DNA of 64,000 nt from an uncultured Gemmatimonadota bacterium (GTDB lineage: Bacteria; JAAXHH01). Of this stretch, positions 1-10,964 are shown one piece after another; position 1 is the stretch's first letter; every line of letters begins with the position of its first letter. A program made the position numbers and the translations under genes. The stretch lies in NCBI GenBank assembly GCA_951812955.1, contig OX638340.1, forward strand, positions 3,040,001-3,104,000, in the 5' to 3' direction. The notes below the pieces were generated by a model. The model worked only from the letters and a program-made list of their open reading frames with translations. It was not told where the DNA came from and searched no databases.

Positions 1-363
1 CACGTCCATGTCCGTCTGTACGTCTTCAGCGGTAACGTCACCCTTGCCTTCCGCTTCGAGCATCAGCGTCTTGGGTTCGTCGCTGTGCAGGATCAGTCGC
101 AGTCCCTTGAGGTTCAGGATGATCTCGGCCACGTCTTCCACCACGTTCGGCATGGTGGAGAATTCGTGGGCGACTCCGTCGATGCGGACACCGACTACGG
201 CCGCTCCGGGCAGAGAGGAAAGCAGGACCCTTCGTATGGAATTGCCGATGGTCGTCCCGTATCCCCGCTCCAGTGGCTCAATAACGAACTTGCTGTAGCC
301 ATCGGTTACCGTATCGTCTTCAATAACGACGCCTCTCGGCATTTGGAAGTTCTTTAATTTCAT
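1..363 (-). CDS. rpoA: DNA-directed RNA polymerase alpha subunit, N-terminal 121 codons (C-terminus lies beyond the window start)
   Basis: Minus-strand translation from the ATG at 363-361 reads [56 protein letters not shown]..., a typical RpoA N-terminal domain. It follows rpsD in the alpha-operon order. Absent from the ORF track because there is no in-window stop. Confidence 0.8.
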   Translation of the reverse strand, partial: MKLKNFQMPRGVVIEDDTVTDGYSKFVIEPLERGYGTTIGNSIRRVLLSSLPGAAVVGVRIDGVAHEFSTMPNVVEDVAEIILNLKGLRLILHSDEPKTLMLEAEGKGDVTAEDVQTDMDV

Positions 364-423
364 AACGTTCGTTGCCCCTCATCGCGCACGTCGAGTGAAC
401 ACAGGGATGGCAGAATGACGGCC

Positions 424-1053
424 CTATTTCGAATACAACTCGATGATTAACTGTTCCTGTACAGGTGTCGGTATGTTATCTCGAACGGGTGCTTCCAGCA
501 AACGTCCTGTAAGCGTGGTCTTGTCCAGGTCCAGCCAGTTTACCGCAGGACGCTGGTTCGCGGCGCTCAGTGACGCATGAATGCTGTCGAGCTGGCGGCT
601 TTTCTCTTTGACCTGAATGACTTCACCCGTGCGGACGATGTATGAGGGGATATTTACGATACGGCCGTTAATCAGGATATGCCGATGGCGTACCAGCTGG
701 CGTGCCGCTTTGCGCGACGGCGCTAAGCCGAGCCGGTACACGATGTTGTCCAGCCGGGTTTCAAGAAGTTGCAACAGGCGCTCACCCGTGTTGCCCTTGG
801 TCCGGGCGGCCTTCACGAAGTACGAGCGGAACTGTGCTTCGCCGATTCCGTATGTCTTGCGCGTCTTCTGCTTTTCACGAAGACGGATCCCGTATTCCGT
901 GGGTTTCCTCCGTCCAACAGACCCGTGCTGGCCCGGTGGAAACGCACGGCGGTCCACCGCGCATTTATCCGAAAAGCACCGATCGCCCTTCAGAAACAAC
1001 TTAACGCCTTCCCGCCGACAGATTCGACAGTTGGCATCCGTATAACGTGACAT
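424..1053 (-). CDS. rpsD: 30S ribosomal protein S4
   Basis: 209 aa; [26 protein letters not shown] zinc-ribbon N-terminus and S4 domain; alpha-operon position. Confidence 0.95.
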   Translation of the reverse strand: MSRYTDANCRICRREGVKLFLKGDRCFSDKCAVDRRAFPPGQHGSVGRRKPTEYGIRLREKQKTRKTYGIGEAQFRSYFVKAARTKGNTGERLLQLLETRLDNIVYRLGLAPSRKAARQLVRHRHILINGRIVNIPSYIVRTGEVIQVKEKSRQLDSIHASLSAANQRPAVNWLDLDKTTLTGRLLEAPVRDNIPTPVQEQLIIELYSK

Positions 1054-1133
1054 ATTTGCTCCTTAACACGCACGATCCGGGCAATGTACGCCGGCGGGCC
1101 TCCAGGCCCTCGCGTCCGCCCGATGTTTCACGA

Positions 1134-1529
1134 TCAGACGCGACGTCGTTTCGGTGGTCGGCATCCGTTGTGGGGAATAGGTGTTACGTCCTTGATAGCG
1201 GAAATCTCCAGACCCGCGGCCTGCAGGGCCCGAATGGCTGATTCACGTCCGGCGCCTGGTCCCTTTACCCATACCTCGACGCGCTTCAATCCCAGTTCGA
1301 TGGCTTCCTTTGCCGCAGCTTCCGCAGCGATCTGCGCGGCGAAAGGCGTACTCTTCCGGGAGTTGCGGAACGTGCCTCCCTTGCCTCCGCTCGACCAACT
1401 GATCGTGTGTCCCTGAAGATCGGCAAGGGTAACGATCGTATTGTTGAACGTCGCCTTGATATGGGCCACGCCTATGGAGTCCACATGCCGATCTCGCTTA
1501 CGGGCGCGACTTCGTCTAGCATTAGCCAA
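1134..1529 (-). CDS. rpsK: 30S ribosomal protein S11
   Basis: 131 aa; [18 protein letters not shown] motif; position between rpsM and rpsD. Confidence 0.95.
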   Translation of the reverse strand: MANARRSRARKRDRHVDSIGVAHIKATFNNTIVTLADLQGHTISWSSGGKGGTFRNSRKSTPFAAQIAAEAAAKEAIELGLKRVEVWVKGPGAGRESAIRALQAAGLEISAIKDVTPIPHNGCRPPKRRRV

Positions 1530-1559
1530 CCTTCTACCTCCACGGTTTGAAGTTAGTCA

Positions 1560-1934
1560 CTAACTTTTCTGGCGCTTCGCACCGATGGTGCGTCGCGGTC
1601 CCTTGCGTATTCGGGAATTGGTACGGGTCCGCTGACCCCGCACCGGCAGCCCGCGGCGGTGACGCAGGCCGCGGTAACAACCGATGTCCATTAACCGGCG
1701 GATATTGAACGTGATGTCGCCGCGCAAAGCGCCTTCGACCTGATAATCGTTCTCGATACTCTGGCGGAGCTTCGTGATTTCCCGGTCGGTCAGGTCCCTG
1801 ACACGTGTTTCCGGATCGATTCCGGTCGCTTCAAGTACCTTGCGGGCGGTAGTCAGTCCTATTCCGAAAATGTAGGTGATGCCGATCTCCACGCGCTTGT
1901 CGCGGGGCAGATCGATACCGGCAATTCGTGCCAC
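1560..1934 (-). CDS. rpsM: 30S ribosomal protein S13
   Basis: 124 aa; [26 protein letters not shown]. Confidence 0.95.
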   Translation of the reverse strand: MARIAGIDLPRDKRVEIGITYIFGIGLTTARKVLEATGIDPETRVRDLTDREITKLRQSIENDYQVEGALRGDITFNIRRLMDIGCYRGLRHRRGLPVRGQRTRTNSRIRKGPRRTIGAKRQKS

Positions 1935-1964
1935 CTTGCCCTCCTTGGCAACGGTTCGCTGCTG

Positions 1965-2078
1965 CTATCCCTGCCGCTGCTTGTGGCGCGGGTTGCGACA
2001 TAGCACTCGCACGACGCCCCTGCGGCGGATGACCTTGCAGTGTTCACAGATTTTCTTTACCGAAGCGCGTACTTTCAT
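1965..2078 (-). CDS. rpmJ: 50S ribosomal protein L36 (37 aa; below the ORF-track size cutoff)
   Basis: Manual minus-strand translation gives [37 protein letters not shown], with a C-x2-C...C-x4-H zinc ribbon. Canonical position between infA and rpsM. Confidence 0.85.
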   Translation of the reverse strand: MKVRASVKKICEHCKVIRRRGVVRVLCRNPRHKQRQG

Positions 2079-2161
2079 CTTCCGATCCTCAGTAATGGTT
2101 TGTTTCCGGTTACGCCGGGCTACCCGCTAAAACCGGTCCCCGGATGCAGTCGTGCCCGGGT

Positions 2162-2389
2162 TTACTTGTAACGATACGTAATGCGTCCACGTGTCAGATC
2201 GTAAGGCGACAACTCCACCATTACTTTGTCGCCCGGCAGGATCTTGATAAAATTCATGCGCACTTTGCCGGAAATATGCGCCAGGACCCTGTGCCCATTT
2301 TCCAGTTCAACGCGAAACGACGCGTTGGGCAAAGGCTCCACCACCGTACCTTCCACCTGTACCGGGGGCTCTTTCGGCATACGAATCAA
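2162..2389 (-). CDS. infA: translation initiation factor IF-1
   Basis: 75 aa; [64 protein letters not shown]. Confidence 0.95.
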   Translation of the reverse strand: MIRMPKEPPVQVEGTVVEPLPNASFRVELENGHRVLAHISGKVRMNFIKILPGDKVMVELSPYDLTRGRITYRYK

Positions 2390-2449
2390 CCTTTCACCAA
2401 TCAGCCGTACGCGACCGCGAATTCGGCCATGGTCGGTTTCCGGCCCGTT

Positions 2450-3007
2450 TCACGTCGTGCGGGCCAGGTTCGTAAGTATGCGTTGCGTTACTTCCTCCGG
2501 CGAACCATCGCCGTCGATCCGTTTCAAAATCCCCGCCCTGTCATAGTAATCGACGAGCGGCGCCGTGACCTTCCTGTAGACTTTCAACCGGTGACTGATG
2601 GTCTCCGGCGTGTCGTCCCTTCGATTCCTCATGGCCAGGCGGTCGATCACTGTGCTGTCGGGCACCTCTATGTTGAGCACCACGTCCACGGGCGCTTGCA
2701 TGCGTGCCAGCGCCGCTCGAAGGAAGTCGGCCTGGTTCAGGTTTCTCGGGAATCCATCCAGGATAAACCCGGAGATGCAATCGGCTTCCCGCAACCGGTT
2801 TTCCAGAATGGCCTGGGTGATATCGTCGGATACCAGTTCGCCCTGGTCCACGAATTCCGATATCCTGCGCCCGACCTCGGTTCCTTCCTCCATCTCCCGC
2901 CGCAACAGATCGCCTGTAGAAATATGCGGGATGCGAAAATTCCTCGACAGTCTGGTTGCCTGCTCGCCTTTTCCCGCCCCCGGTGTCCCAAGAAGTATCA
3001 GTCGCAT
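2450..3007 (-). CDS. adk: adenylate kinase
   Basis: ORF-track frame 2450..3094. The P-loop MRLILLGTPGAGKGEQA starts at internal Met30 (ATG at 3007), which avoids a 29-nt overlap with secY. No map gene lies between adk and infA. Confidence 0.9.
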   Translation of the reverse strand: MRLILLGTPGAGKGEQATRLSRNFRIPHISTGDLLRREMEEGTEVGRRISEFVDQGELVSDDITQAILENRLREADCISGFILDGFPRNLNQADFLRAALARMQAPVDVVLNIEVPDSTVIDRLAMRNRRDDTPETISHRLKVYRKVTAPLVDYYDRAGILKRIDGDGSPEEVTQRILTNLARTT

Positions 3008-3065
3008 ATCCTGCTCACCTGGCACCAGGACGCCGCCAGGCGCCTGGAACGGAGGTTCCGATAAC

Positions 3066-4391
3066 TTACCCCGCCCGACCGCGTACGCGACCACGTTTCA
3101 TGAAACCCTCGTAGTGGCGGGACACGAGATGCGACTCGATTTGCTGGAGCGTGTCCAGGGCGACGCCCACCACGATCAGCAATGCGGTGCCGCCGAAGAA
3201 CGAAGACGCGCTCAAAGAGACGTTCATGCTTCGGATTATGAGGAACGGCACGATGGCGATGATCGCCAGAAAAACCGAGCCGGGCAACGTAATGCGTGTC
3301 AGAATGTGATCGAGATAGTCCGCCGTTCTTTTACCGGGCCGAATTCCCGGAATGAATCCGCCGACGCGCTTCATGTTGTCCGCCACGTCCACGGGGTTGA
3401 ATATGATGGATGTATAGAAATATGTAAAAAACACGATCAACATGCCGTAAAGCGCGTTGTAGATGAAAGCGCCGGGCTGAAACCACTCGACCATGGTCTG
3501 GAACACGGCCATGTCCGGAAAGAAGCTCGAAAACGTTCCCGGAACGAACATGATCGACTGGGCGAAAATGATGGGCATCACGCCGGCGGCGTTGACGCGT
3601 AACGGCAGGTGCGTGCTTTGCCCACCGTATACCTTGCGTCCAACCACGCGCCGCGGATATTGCACCGTGATTCTGCGCTGTCCCTGTGTGATCAGTACCA
3701 CGGAGGCGATGATCAGGATCCACACGGCCACGATGAAGATTTCGACGAGACCGCTGCGCAACCCGTTCATCACCGCATCGAACTCGCTCTTGGCCGCGAT
3801 GGGGAACTGGGCGATAATGCCGACGAAGATAATCAGCGAGATGCCGTTCCCGATGCCCCGCTCCTGGATTTGTTCCCCGAGCCACATCAGGAATATGGTG
3901 CCGGTCGTCATCGTCACGACCGTTACGAAAATGAAACCCGCCCCGGGATCGATGACGGCGGAACGGCCCACTTCGTCTCGAATGTCCTGGAGCCAGTAGC
4001 TGATTCCAAGCGCCTGCACCATCGACAGCAGTACGGTGCCGTACCGCGTGTACTGGTTGATCTTCTTCTGCCCTTCCTGCCCCTCCTTCTGGAGTTTCTG
4101 CAAGTAGGGCCACATGGACCCGAGCAGCTGCAGGATAATGGACGCACTGATATAGGGCATTACGCCGAGGGCAAATATGGTCGCACGCTCGAATGCGCCT
4201 CCCACGAACATGTTGTACAGACCGAATATGGTCCCGCCCATCTGACTGAAGAAGGCGCTCAACACTTCGTGGTCTATGCCCGGCGTGGGTATCTGGCCGC
4301 CGATTCGGTACACCGCAAGCAGACTGAGGGTGAAAATGATGCGCCGACGGAGTTCCGGGATCCGGAATACATTCTGAAAACTTTCGATCAT
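3066..4391 (-). CDS. secY: preprotein translocase subunit SecY
   Basis: 441 aa, multi-TM; MIESFQNVFRIPELRRRIIFTLSLLAVYRIGGQIPTPGID; between rplO and adk. Confidence 0.95.
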   Translation of the reverse strand: MIESFQNVFRIPELRRRIIFTLSLLAVYRIGGQIPTPGIDHEVLSAFFSQMGGTIFGLYNMFVGGAFERATIFALGVMPYISASIILQLLGSMWPYLQKLQKEGQEGQKKINQYTRYGTVLLSMVQALGISYWLQDIRDEVGRSAVIDPGAGFIFVTVVTMTTGTIFLMWLGEQIQERGIGNGISLIIFVGIIAQFPIAAKSEFDAVMNGLRSGLVEIFIVAVWILIIASVVLITQGQRRITVQYPRRVVGRKVYGGQSTHLPLRVNAAGVMPIIFAQSIMFVPGTFSSFFPDMAVFQTMVEWFQPGAFIYNALYGMLIVFFTYFYTSIIFNPVDVADNMKRVGGFIPGIRPGKRTADYLDHILTRITLPGSVFLAIIAIVPFLIIRSMNVSLSASSFFGGTALLIVVGVALDTLQQIESHLVSRHYEGFMKRGRVRGRAG

Positions 4392-4834
4392 CCGGAGATC
4401 ACCTCGACCGATCCGCCCGCCGCCTCGATTTTCCGCCGCGCCGCTTCACTCACCTTGTGGACGCTGACCTTCATGGGCCGGTCGACCTCGCCTTCACCGA
4501 GGATCTTGACCGGGGCCGTCGATTTCCGGACCAGGCGTTTGTCCGCCAGTGTACCGGCGTCCACGACCGTCTCTTCGTCCCATCCTTCAAGGTCTCGCAG
4601 ATTGACGATCTGGTAGGTCTTGCGGAACAGATTGGTAAATCCGCGCTTGGGCAGCCGCCGCACGAGGCGCATCTGTCCGCCTTCGAAGGAGGGGTGGATC
4701 TTCTTGCCCGACCTGGAACGCTGTCCCTTGTGCCCCCTGCCAGAGGTCTTGCCCGTACCGGAGCCCGGACCGCGGCCCAGGCGCTTTACTTTGCGCACCG
4801 CGCCGGAGGCGTGTTTCAAACCGTCGACATTCAT
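4388..4834 (-). CDS. rplO: 50S ribosomal protein L15
   Basis: 148 aa; GRGPGSGTGKTSGRGHKGQRSRSG glycine-rich motif. Confidence 0.95.
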   Translation of the reverse strand: MNVDGLKHASGAVRKVKRLGRGPGSGTGKTSGRGHKGQRSRSGKKIHPSFEGGQMRLVRRLPKRGFTNLFRKTYQIVNLRDLEGWDEETVVDAGTLADKRLVRKSTAPVKILGEGEVDRPMKVSVHKVSEAARRKIEAAGGSVEVISG

Positions 4835-4869
4835 TACAGCCGTATTCCTTTCTTACCGAAACCCGCCGG

Positions 4870-5067
4870 CTATTCGTCTTCCGTCGTGATCGTTTCCACT
4901 TCCACCAGATGGCCGACGCGCGCAATCATGCCCTGGATCTGGGGCGTATCGTTATGCACCGCGCTATGGTGCAACCGACGTATACCCAGCGCTTCCAGGG
5001 TCCGTTTCTGCCGCCGGTGTCTTCCGATGGCGCTTCTTTTCTGTGTAATGCGCAGCCGTGTCGCCAT
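4870..5067 (-). CDS. rpmD: 50S ribosomal protein L30
   Basis: 65 aa; LRITQKRSAIGRHRRQKRTLEALGIRRLH. Confidence 0.9.
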   Translation of the reverse strand: MATRLRITQKRSAIGRHRRQKRTLEALGIRRLHHSAVHNDTPQIQGMIARVGHLVEVETITTEDE

Positions 5068-5069
5068 AA

Positions 5070-5573
5070 CTACCCTTTCAGATCCTCGATATCCACGTTC
5101 CGCGCGTCCGCGATCTCGGAGGCTACCTTCAAGTCGAGCAGCCCCTGCAGGGTCGCTTTGGCCACGTTGTAGGGGTTGGAGGAACCGATCGATTTCGTCA
5201 GGATATTGTGTATGCCCGCCGATTCCAGCACCGCGCGGGCCGCATCGCCGGCGATAACGCCCGTGCCGGGCGATGCCGGTTTCAGGATCACCTCCGCTGC
5301 GCTGAACCTCCCGTTTACGTCGTGCGGGATCGTGCCGTTGACCACCGGCACGCTGTGCAGATGCTTCCGGGCCGTTTCCGTGGCCTTGCGAATCGCCTCG
5401 GACAGTTCCAGGGCCTTGCCCATGCCCAGACCCACGTGGCCGTTGCCGTCGCCCACGGCGATCAGAGCGTTGAAACTGAACGTGCGACCGCCTTTCACGA
5501 CTTTGGCAACCCGGTTGATATCGACCAGGCGTTCCGACGACAGATCAAACTCATCGGGATTGATTCTCGGCAA
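5070..5573 (-). CDS. rpsE: 30S ribosomal protein S5
   Basis: 167 aa; [30 protein letters not shown]. Confidence 0.95.
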   Translation of the reverse strand: MPRINPDEFDLSSERLVDINRVAKVVKGGRTFSFNALIAVGDGNGHVGLGMGKALELSEAIRKATETARKHLHSVPVVNGTIPHDVNGRFSAAEVILKPASPGTGVIAGDAARAVLESAGIHNILTKSIGSSNPYNVAKATLQGLLDLKVASEIADARNVDIEDLKG

Positions 5574-5630
5574 TTTATGCTCCCTTCCTCAGTTATGGTA
5601 CGCCGGACGCACCGTCGCGCGGACGCGATT

Positions 5631-6005
5631 TCAGAATTCCAGTCCGCATTCGCGCACGCCTTCCGCCAGGGCCTTGACCCGGCCGTGGTACCGGTATCCG
5701 CCGCGGTCGAAGGTCACGCTGGACACGCCCTGCGATTTCATCTTTTCTCCAAGGATCCGGCCAACGAGCCTGCTCTGCGCCCTCCGGTCCATCTCCGGCT
5801 CCAACTGCGCCCTGATCTCGGGCGTATTGGTGGACAGGGACAGCAACGTGGCGCCCGCCGAATCGTCAATGACCTGGGCGTAGATGTGCTTGAGACTCCT
5901 GAAAACGTTTAAGCGCGGCCGGACCGAGTCGCCCCGGATGGACTTTCTTACCCGGCGATGGCGGACCTTCCGCATCCTGGCTTTCTGCAGTGTCTTCCTG
6001 GACAT
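5631..6005 (-). CDS. rplR: 50S ribosomal protein L18
   Basis: 124 aa; RPRLNVFRSLKHIYAQVIDD. Confidence 0.95.
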   Translation of the reverse strand: MSRKTLQKARMRKVRHRRVRKSIRGDSVRPRLNVFRSLKHIYAQVIDDSAGATLLSLSTNTPEIRAQLEPEMDRRAQSRLVGRILGEKMKSQGVSSVTFDRGGYRYHGRVKALAEGVRECGLEF

Positions 6006-6025
6006 TATCCTGTACCCGTTTCCCG

Positions 6026-6562
6026 TCAGGCGCCGGTCTTGCCGGCTTTCCTGCGTACCTGTTCACCGTCGTAGCGTATGCCCTTGCCCTTGTATGGTTC
6101 CGGTTTCTTGAACGACCGGATCACCGCGGCCACCTGGCCGACGAGTTGCTTGTCGATTCCCCTGACCGTGATCCGGTTGCCGTCCGTGACCTCGAGGTCC
6201 ACGTCCGGCGGCGCCTGGAAGATCACGGGGTGAGAATATCCCAGGCTGAGCGTCAGATTCCTGCCTTTGAGTTCCGCCCGGTAGCCCACACCGATAATCT
6301 CGAGCGTCCGATCGAATCCGCTGACGACGCCTTCCACCATGTTGGCGATCAGCGAGCGGTTCAGGCCGTGCAGTGCGCGTGACTGCCTGGACTCGTTCCG
6401 ACGCGCCACCAGCAGGTGTCCGTCTTCCAGGACAGCGTTGATCTGGGCGGGTATCCTGTGGGAAAGCTCGCCCTTCGGACCCTTCACATTTACGGTCCGG
6501 TCGTCTATCGAAACCTGGACCCCGTCCGGGATCGCAATCGGTAGTTTACCTATTCGTGACAC
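6026..6562 (-). CDS. rplF: 50S ribosomal protein L6
   Basis: 178 aa; MSRIGKLPIAIPDGVQVSIDDRTVNVKGPKGEL. Confidence 0.95.
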   Translation of the reverse strand: MSRIGKLPIAIPDGVQVSIDDRTVNVKGPKGELSHRIPAQINAVLEDGHLLVARRNESRQSRALHGLNRSLIANMVEGVVSGFDRTLEIIGVGYRAELKGRNLTLSLGYSHPVIFQAPPDVDLEVTDGNRITVRGIDKQLVGQVAAVIRSFKKPEPYKGKGIRYDGEQVRRKAGKTGA

Positions 6563-6586
6563 CGCGGCTCCTTCCGGTATTCCGGA

Positions 6587-6985
6587 CTACCAGATGTAAC
6601 ACAACACTTCGCCGCCCGTATTCAACTGGCGCGCTTCGCGGTCCGTGACGATACCCTTGGGCGTGCTCAATACGGCCACGCCGAGTCCGTTCAATACCCT
6701 GGGCAGGCGGTCCGCCTTTACGTACACCCGCCGACCCGGCTTGCTGATGCGTTTCAGCATGGAGATAATCGATTCTCCCACCGGACCGTATTTGAGGTAG
6801 ATCCGGATGATGCCCTGTTTTCCGTCTTCCACCTGGGTATAGTGGCTGATGAACTTTTGGTTCAGCAGGATTCGGGCGATTTCAGCTTTTATCTTCGAGG
6901 CCGGTACTTCGACCCTCTGGTGCTTCGCCTGGCACGCATTGCGTATCCGGGTCAGCATGTCCGCGATCGGATCCGTCATTGACAT
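6587..6985 (-). CDS. rpsH: 30S ribosomal protein S8
   Basis: 132 aa; [15 protein letters not shown]. Confidence 0.95.
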   Translation of the reverse strand: MSMTDPIADMLTRIRNACQAKHQRVEVPASKIKAEIARILLNQKFISHYTQVEDGKQGIIRIYLKYGPVGESIISMLKRISKPGRRVYVKADRLPRVLNGLGVAVLSTPKGIVTDREARQLNTGGEVLCYIW

Positions 6986-7019
6986 CTTGCGGTTCTCCCT
7001 GAGAAACTACTCCGTGCTT

Positions 7020-7205
7020 CTACCAACTGGCCTTCGTCACGCCTGGAATCTCACCCTGCAGGGCCAGCGTTCGGAAACAGATGCGACAGATTCCGAAGCG
7101 GCGCATGTAAGCGCGGGGACGGCCGCACTGCCTGCAGCGGCTGTAAGCGCGCACTTTGTATTTAGGTTTTCTTTTCGCTTTCGCGATCAACGACTTCTTG
7201 GCCAC
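7020..7205 (-). CDS. rpsN: 30S ribosomal protein S14, zinc-binding type Z (61 aa)
   Basis: CRQCGRP...CRICFR C-x2-C...C-x2-C motif; short type-Z form. Confidence 0.9.
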   Translation of the reverse strand: MAKKSLIAKAKRKPKYKVRAYSRCRQCGRPRAYMRRFGICRICFRTLALQGEIPGVTKASW

Positions 7206-7278
7206 GCGTCCCCCTCTTGATATTCCCGGTTTCCGGCTCGAAACGGGCGGCCTGTCCGGCCCGCCTGGAACCTGGACC

Positions 7279-7827
7279 CTACACCGGCTGATCCCTGAAA
7301 GGCATGCCGAGATGCCTGAGCAACTCCGCGCTCTCTTCGTCGGTATCCGCCGAGGTTACGATTGTGATATCCATGCCCCGGAACAGATCGACCTGGTCGT
7401 AGTCGATTTCGGGGAAGATGGTCTGTTCGGTCAACCCGAGGGTATAGTTTCCCCGGCCGTCGAAAGACCGCGTCGAAACGCCCCGGAAATCGCGGATGCG
7501 GGGAATCGCCACGTTGATGAGGCGATCGAGAAACTCGTACATGCGGGCGCCACGAAGCGTCACGCGGCAGCCGACCGGCATGCCTTCCCGTATCTTGAAA
7601 TTCGAAATGGACTTCCTGGCCCGGGTCACGACGGCCTTCTGCCCGGTAATCGCCGACAGTTCCGATACCGCGCTGTCCAGCAGGCTGGCATTCTGCGAAG
7701 CCTCGCCCACGCCCATGTTCAGGACCACTTTCTCTATACGCGGCACCTGCATGGTGTTGCCGTAGCCGAAATGCTGCAGGAGCGCGGGTCTGATCTCGCT
7801 GTTGTACTGTTCCTTCAATCGTGCCAT
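7279..7827 (-). CDS. rplE: 50S ribosomal protein L5
   Basis: 182 aa; [43 protein letters not shown]. Confidence 0.95.
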   Translation of the reverse strand: MARLKEQYNSEIRPALLQHFGYGNTMQVPRIEKVVLNMGVGEASQNASLLDSAVSELSAITGQKAVVTRARKSISNFKIREGMPVGCRVTLRGARMYEFLDRLINVAIPRIRDFRGVSTRSFDGRGNYTLGLTEQTIFPEIDYDQVDLFRGMDITIVTSADTDEESAELLRHLGMPFRDQPV

Positions 7828-7840
7828 GCTCGTATTCCCG

Positions 7841-8065
7841 TTATCCTTCGGCGATTACTTTCACATTGGATGCATGGATAGGGGCCTCTCTCTCGAGACG
7901 GCCGCCCTGTGGATTGGTCTGGGTGGGTCGTGTATGGCGCATGACGAAATTCAGGCCTTCCACGATCACCCTGTTCTTCTCCGGCAGCACTTTCAATACT
8001 CTTCCTGTCTTGCCGCGGGTATCACCGGTGAGTACCACCACGGTATCGCCCTTTTTGACGTGCAT
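7841..8065 (-). CDS. rplX: 50S ribosomal protein L24 (short, 74 aa, KOW domain only)
   Basis: [29 protein letters not shown] motif. The stop lies 13 nt before the rplE start, so there is no room for the usual C-terminal extension. Confidence 0.85.
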   Translation of the reverse strand: MHVKKGDTVVVLTGDTRGKTGRVLKVLPEKNRVIVEGLNFVMRHTRPTQTNPQGGRLEREAPIHASNVKVIAEG

Positions 8066-8101
8066 TCTGCTGCTCCTTCCCGTTCCTCCGGGTCGCGGAC
8101 C

Positions 8102-8470
8102 CTAAAGGACCTCAGGGGCGAGTGAGACGATCCGGGTGTACTCCCGTTCGCGCAGTTCCCGGGCGACGGGGCCGAATATGCGCGTGCCCCTTGGTTCGCC
8201 CTGGTCATCAATCAGCACGGCCGCGTTCTCGTCGAAACGGATGTAGGACCCGTCCCGGCGCCGCACTTCTTTGCGGACCCGCACGACCACGGCCTTGACC
8301 ACTTCGCCCTTCTTTACCGAACCGCCGGGCGAGGCTTCCTTCACCGATGCCACGAACCGGTCGCCCACGCTGGCGTACCGCCGGCCTGTTCCACCCAGGA
8401 CCTTGATGCATCTAACCTGCCGGGCGCCCGTGTTGTCGGCTACGTTCAGCCAGGTATATTCTTGTATCAT
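8102..8470 (-). CDS. rplN: 50S ribosomal protein L14
   Basis: 122 aa; [27 protein letters not shown]. Confidence 0.95.
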   Translation of the reverse strand: MIQEYTWLNVADNTGARQVRCIKVLGGTGRRYASVGDRFVASVKEASPGGSVKKGEVVKAVVVRVRKEVRRRDGSYIRFDENAAVLIDDQGEPRGTRIFGPVARELREREYTRIVSLAPEVL

Positions 8471-8516
8471 CTAGGTTCCGTCCCGTTCACCGTCTTCCGT
8501 TTCTGCCACCGGAAAA

Positions 8517-8780
8517 CTAGACCTGTACCGCGCGCTGGATGACCTCGGTCAAGCGCCAGCGCTTATTCTTGCTCAACGGACGTGTTTCCGTCACCCGGAC
8601 GATGTCGCCGATCCGGCACGTCTGCTCTTCGTCATGGACCGTCAGCTTGGTCGTGCGCCGTATATACCTGCCGTACATGGGATGCTTCACCGTCCGTTCA
8701 ACGGCGATGGTGACGGTCTTTTCCATCTTGTTGCTCAGTACGCGTCCCACGCGGTTCTTTCTGTGTCCCCGCTCCTTCAT
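8517..8780 (-). CDS. rpsQ: 30S ribosomal protein S17
   Basis: 87 aa; [33 protein letters not shown]. Confidence 0.95.
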   Translation of the reverse strand: MKERGHRKNRVGRVLSNKMEKTVTIAVERTVKHPMYGRYIRRTTKLTVHDEEQTCRIGDIVRVTETRPLSKNKRWRLTEVIQRAVQV

Positions 8781-9037
8781 GCGTCATCTCCCGGATCATC
8801 CTGTCCGTCTGCCCGATTCTGATTGTCCGCCGCCTGGATGGATCGGATGTCGAGCTCATCCTCATTCAGGAGCGTGAGAATCCGGGCGATTTCCCGGCGC
8901 GACGACGAAATGCGCTTGGCATCCGTCATCTGCCGCGTCGCTTTCTGAAAATTCAGGTTGAAGATCTCTTCCTTCAGTTCGGCCACCCGCTCGTGCAGTT
9001 CCGCAACGGACAATTGCCGAAGCTCGTATAGTTTCAT
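8777..9037 (-). CDS. rpmC: 50S ribosomal protein L29 with an acidic C-terminal extension (86 aa)
   Basis: [36 protein letters not shown], followed by a D/Q-rich tail (...[11 protein letters not shown]). Confidence 0.9.
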   Translation of the reverse strand: MKLYELRQLSVAELHERVAELKEEIFNLNFQKATRQMTDAKRISSSRREIARILTLLNEDELDIRSIQAADNQNRADGQDDPGDDA

Positions 9038-9064
9038 TACTTCCCTTCCTCGGGAACAGACCCG

Positions 9065-9481
9065 CTAGAGATCCTCGCGGGTAACCAGGCGCGTCTTGAT
9101 CGACAGCTTCTGCTGGGCCAGTGCGATGGATTCCCTGGCCATATCGGAGGCCACGCCCCTCAGTTCGAAGAGGATGCGTCCCGGCTTCACCACGGCCACC
9201 CAGTTTCCGGTGGGACTGCCCTTCCCCTTGCCCATGCGCGTTTCAGCGGGTTTTTCCGTGAGCACCTTGTCCGGAAATACCCTGATCCAGACTTTGCCGC
9301 CGCGCCGCATGTGATGGACCATCGCGATACGAGCCGCTTCGATCTGCCGGTTGGTGATCCAACCGGGCTCGAGCGCTTGAATACCGTAATCTCCGAATTC
9401 CAGCGTGGCGCCGCGCGTTGCGATGCCCGTCATACGGCCGCGCTGTTGCTTCCGGTATTTCAGTCGCTTCGGCATTAACAT
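9065..9481 (-). CDS. rplP: 50S ribosomal protein L16
   Basis: 138 aa; [36 protein letters not shown]. Confidence 0.95.
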   Translation of the reverse strand: MLMPKRLKYRKQQRGRMTGIATRGATLEFGDYGIQALEPGWITNRQIEAARIAMVHHMRRGGKVWIRVFPDKVLTEKPAETRMGKGKGSPTGNWVAVVKPGRILFELRGVASDMARESIALAQQKLSIKTRLVTREDL

Positions 9482-9539
9482 CTCGATGTCTCCTCGAATG
9501 ATCCCTTGACTCTGAAACGGACGCGCTCAACGAACCGAC

Positions 9540-10208
9540 TCAAACCGTCGATTCCCGTCCAGTCCCAGTTTGTGTGTCCTCGCCCTTGATGATCTCGCCC
9601 TTGCAGATCCACACCTTGATGCCGATACACCCGTAGGTGGTATGGGCGGTGGACTGGGCGTAATCGATGTCTGCCCGGAGCGTGTGCAGCGGTACGCGTC
9701 CGTCGTTGAAAGATTCGGACCGGGACATTTCCGCGCCGCCAAGCCGTCCGCCGCAGGTAATCTTGATACCCTCGGCGCCCATGCGCATGGCCGCGGTGAT
9801 GGATTTTTTCATGGCCCTTCTGAAACTGATCCGCTGTTCGATCTGCCGCGCTATGCTGTCGCCGATAAGCTGGGCATCCAGCTCCGGACGGCGGATTTCC
9901 TGTATATTGATGTAGATCTCTTTCTTGGTCAGGTGCTGAAGTTCGTCCCTGAGCTTGTCCACTTCCGCGCCCTTGCGTCCGATCACGATGCCGGGCCGGG
10001 CGGTGTGTATCGTTATGGTGGCCTTCTGCGGCGCTCGTTCGATTTCGACCTTCGAGATGCCGGCCCGCGTCAGGCGGCTCTTGACGTAACGGCGGATCAT
10101 GAGGTCCTCCTGGAGCAATTCCGCCATGTTCTTGTCGGAATACCAGTTGGACTGCCAGGTCTTGATCACGCCAAGACGAAAACCGATCGGATGTGTTTTC
10201 TGACCCAC
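9540..10208 (-). CDS. rpsC: 30S ribosomal protein S3
   Basis: ORF-track frame reaches 10280, but the conserved N-terminus [14 protein letters not shown] begins at a GTG (10208-10206). That GTG is preceded by AGGAG about 8 nt upstream, and the extended start would overlap rplV. Confidence 0.9.
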   Translation of the reverse strand: MGQKTHPIGFRLGVIKTWQSNWYSDKNMAELLQEDLMIRRYVKSRLTRAGISKVEIERAPQKATITIHTARPGIVIGRKGAEVDKLRDELQHLTKKEIYINIQEIRRPELDAQLIGDSIARQIEQRISFRRAMKKSITAAMRMGAEGIKITCGGRLGGAEMSRSESFNDGRVPLHTLRADIDYAQSTAHTTYGCIGIKVWICKGEIIKGEDTQTGTGRESTV

Positions 10209-10281
10209 GTCGTCAACTCCTGTTGTCGGAACTTCCCGGTAAATGGCCGGTCCGCGCCAGCCCGGTCCAGGCCAGGGCAAG

Positions 10282-10620
10282 TTAGTCCGCGACCACCACG
10301 GTGATATGGCTGGTGCGTTTCCGAATCGTGGAAGCGCTGCCCCTGGGGCCGTAATGGATGCGTTTCATGACCGGTCCGCCGTCGATAAAAACGGTCTTGA
10401 TCTTCAGGTCCTCGATATCCAGCGTATGCTCGTCGTCGACATTCAAGGCGTTCGCCGTAGCGGACCGCACGGTCTTTTCGATAGGCCGGGCGCATGCCTT
10501 GGGTACGAATTGCAGTATGTTCAGCGCTTCCTGAACGGTCCGGCCGCGGATCATGTCCGCCACCTGGCGCATCTTGCGTGCCGAGCCGCGTACCTGCCGC
10601 GCAGTTGCACGGGCTTCCAT
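10282..10620 (-). CDS. rplV: 50S ribosomal protein L22
   Basis: 112 aa; [38 protein letters not shown]. Confidence 0.95.
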   Translation of the reverse strand: MEARATARQVRGSARKMRQVADMIRGRTVQEALNILQFVPKACARPIEKTVRSATANALNVDDEHTLDIEDLKIKTVFIDGGPVMKRIHYGPRGSASTIRKRTSHITVVVAD

Positions 10621-10650
10621 CGCTATGCTCTCCCCTTCGTCAAAGCCGGT

Positions 10651-10938
10651 TTACTTCAGTTGTGTAGACCGCTCCGTGACCCGTCCGCTGTGTCCGCGGT
10701 AGGTGCGCGTCGGCGCGAATTCACCCAGTTTGTGGCCAACCATGTTCTCCGAGATGTAGACCGGTATGAACTTGTTGCCGTTGTGAATGGCCAGGGTATG
10801 ACCGACGAAGTCCGGCGTGATCGTGCAAGCGCGGGCCCAGGTGCGGACCACCCGCTTCTCACCGGTACGATTCAGTTCGTCGACCTTCTTCTTGACGTTA
10901 CTGTCGATGTACGGTCCTTTTTTGACCGAACGACTCAT
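10651..10938 (-). CDS. rpsS: 30S ribosomal protein S19
   Basis: The conserved N-terminus [12 protein letters not shown] starts at internal Met37 of the 131-aa ORF. The upstream 36 codons overlap the rplB 3' end and are probably not translated. Confidence 0.9.
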   Translation of the reverse strand: MSRSVKKGPYIDSNVKKKVDELNRTGEKRVVRTWARACTITPDFVGHTLAIHNGNKFIPVYISENMVGHKLGEFAPTRTYRGHSGRVTERSTQLK

Positions 10939-10964
10939 CATCGCCTCCCGCAAAGTTCCCTTGA

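Noticed and set aside
8-357. Plus-strand ORFs 8..298 and 85..357 at the window start
   Set aside because: The minus strand here encodes the RpoA N-terminal domain in frame to the window edge; the plus-strand ORFs are antisense artefacts.
2598-4616. Long plus-strand ORFs (334 and 335 aa) overlapping adk/secY
   Set aside because: They are antisense to well-supported conserved genes, with low-complexity Arg/Pro/Gly-rich translations typical of GC-rich antisense frames and no recognisable domains.
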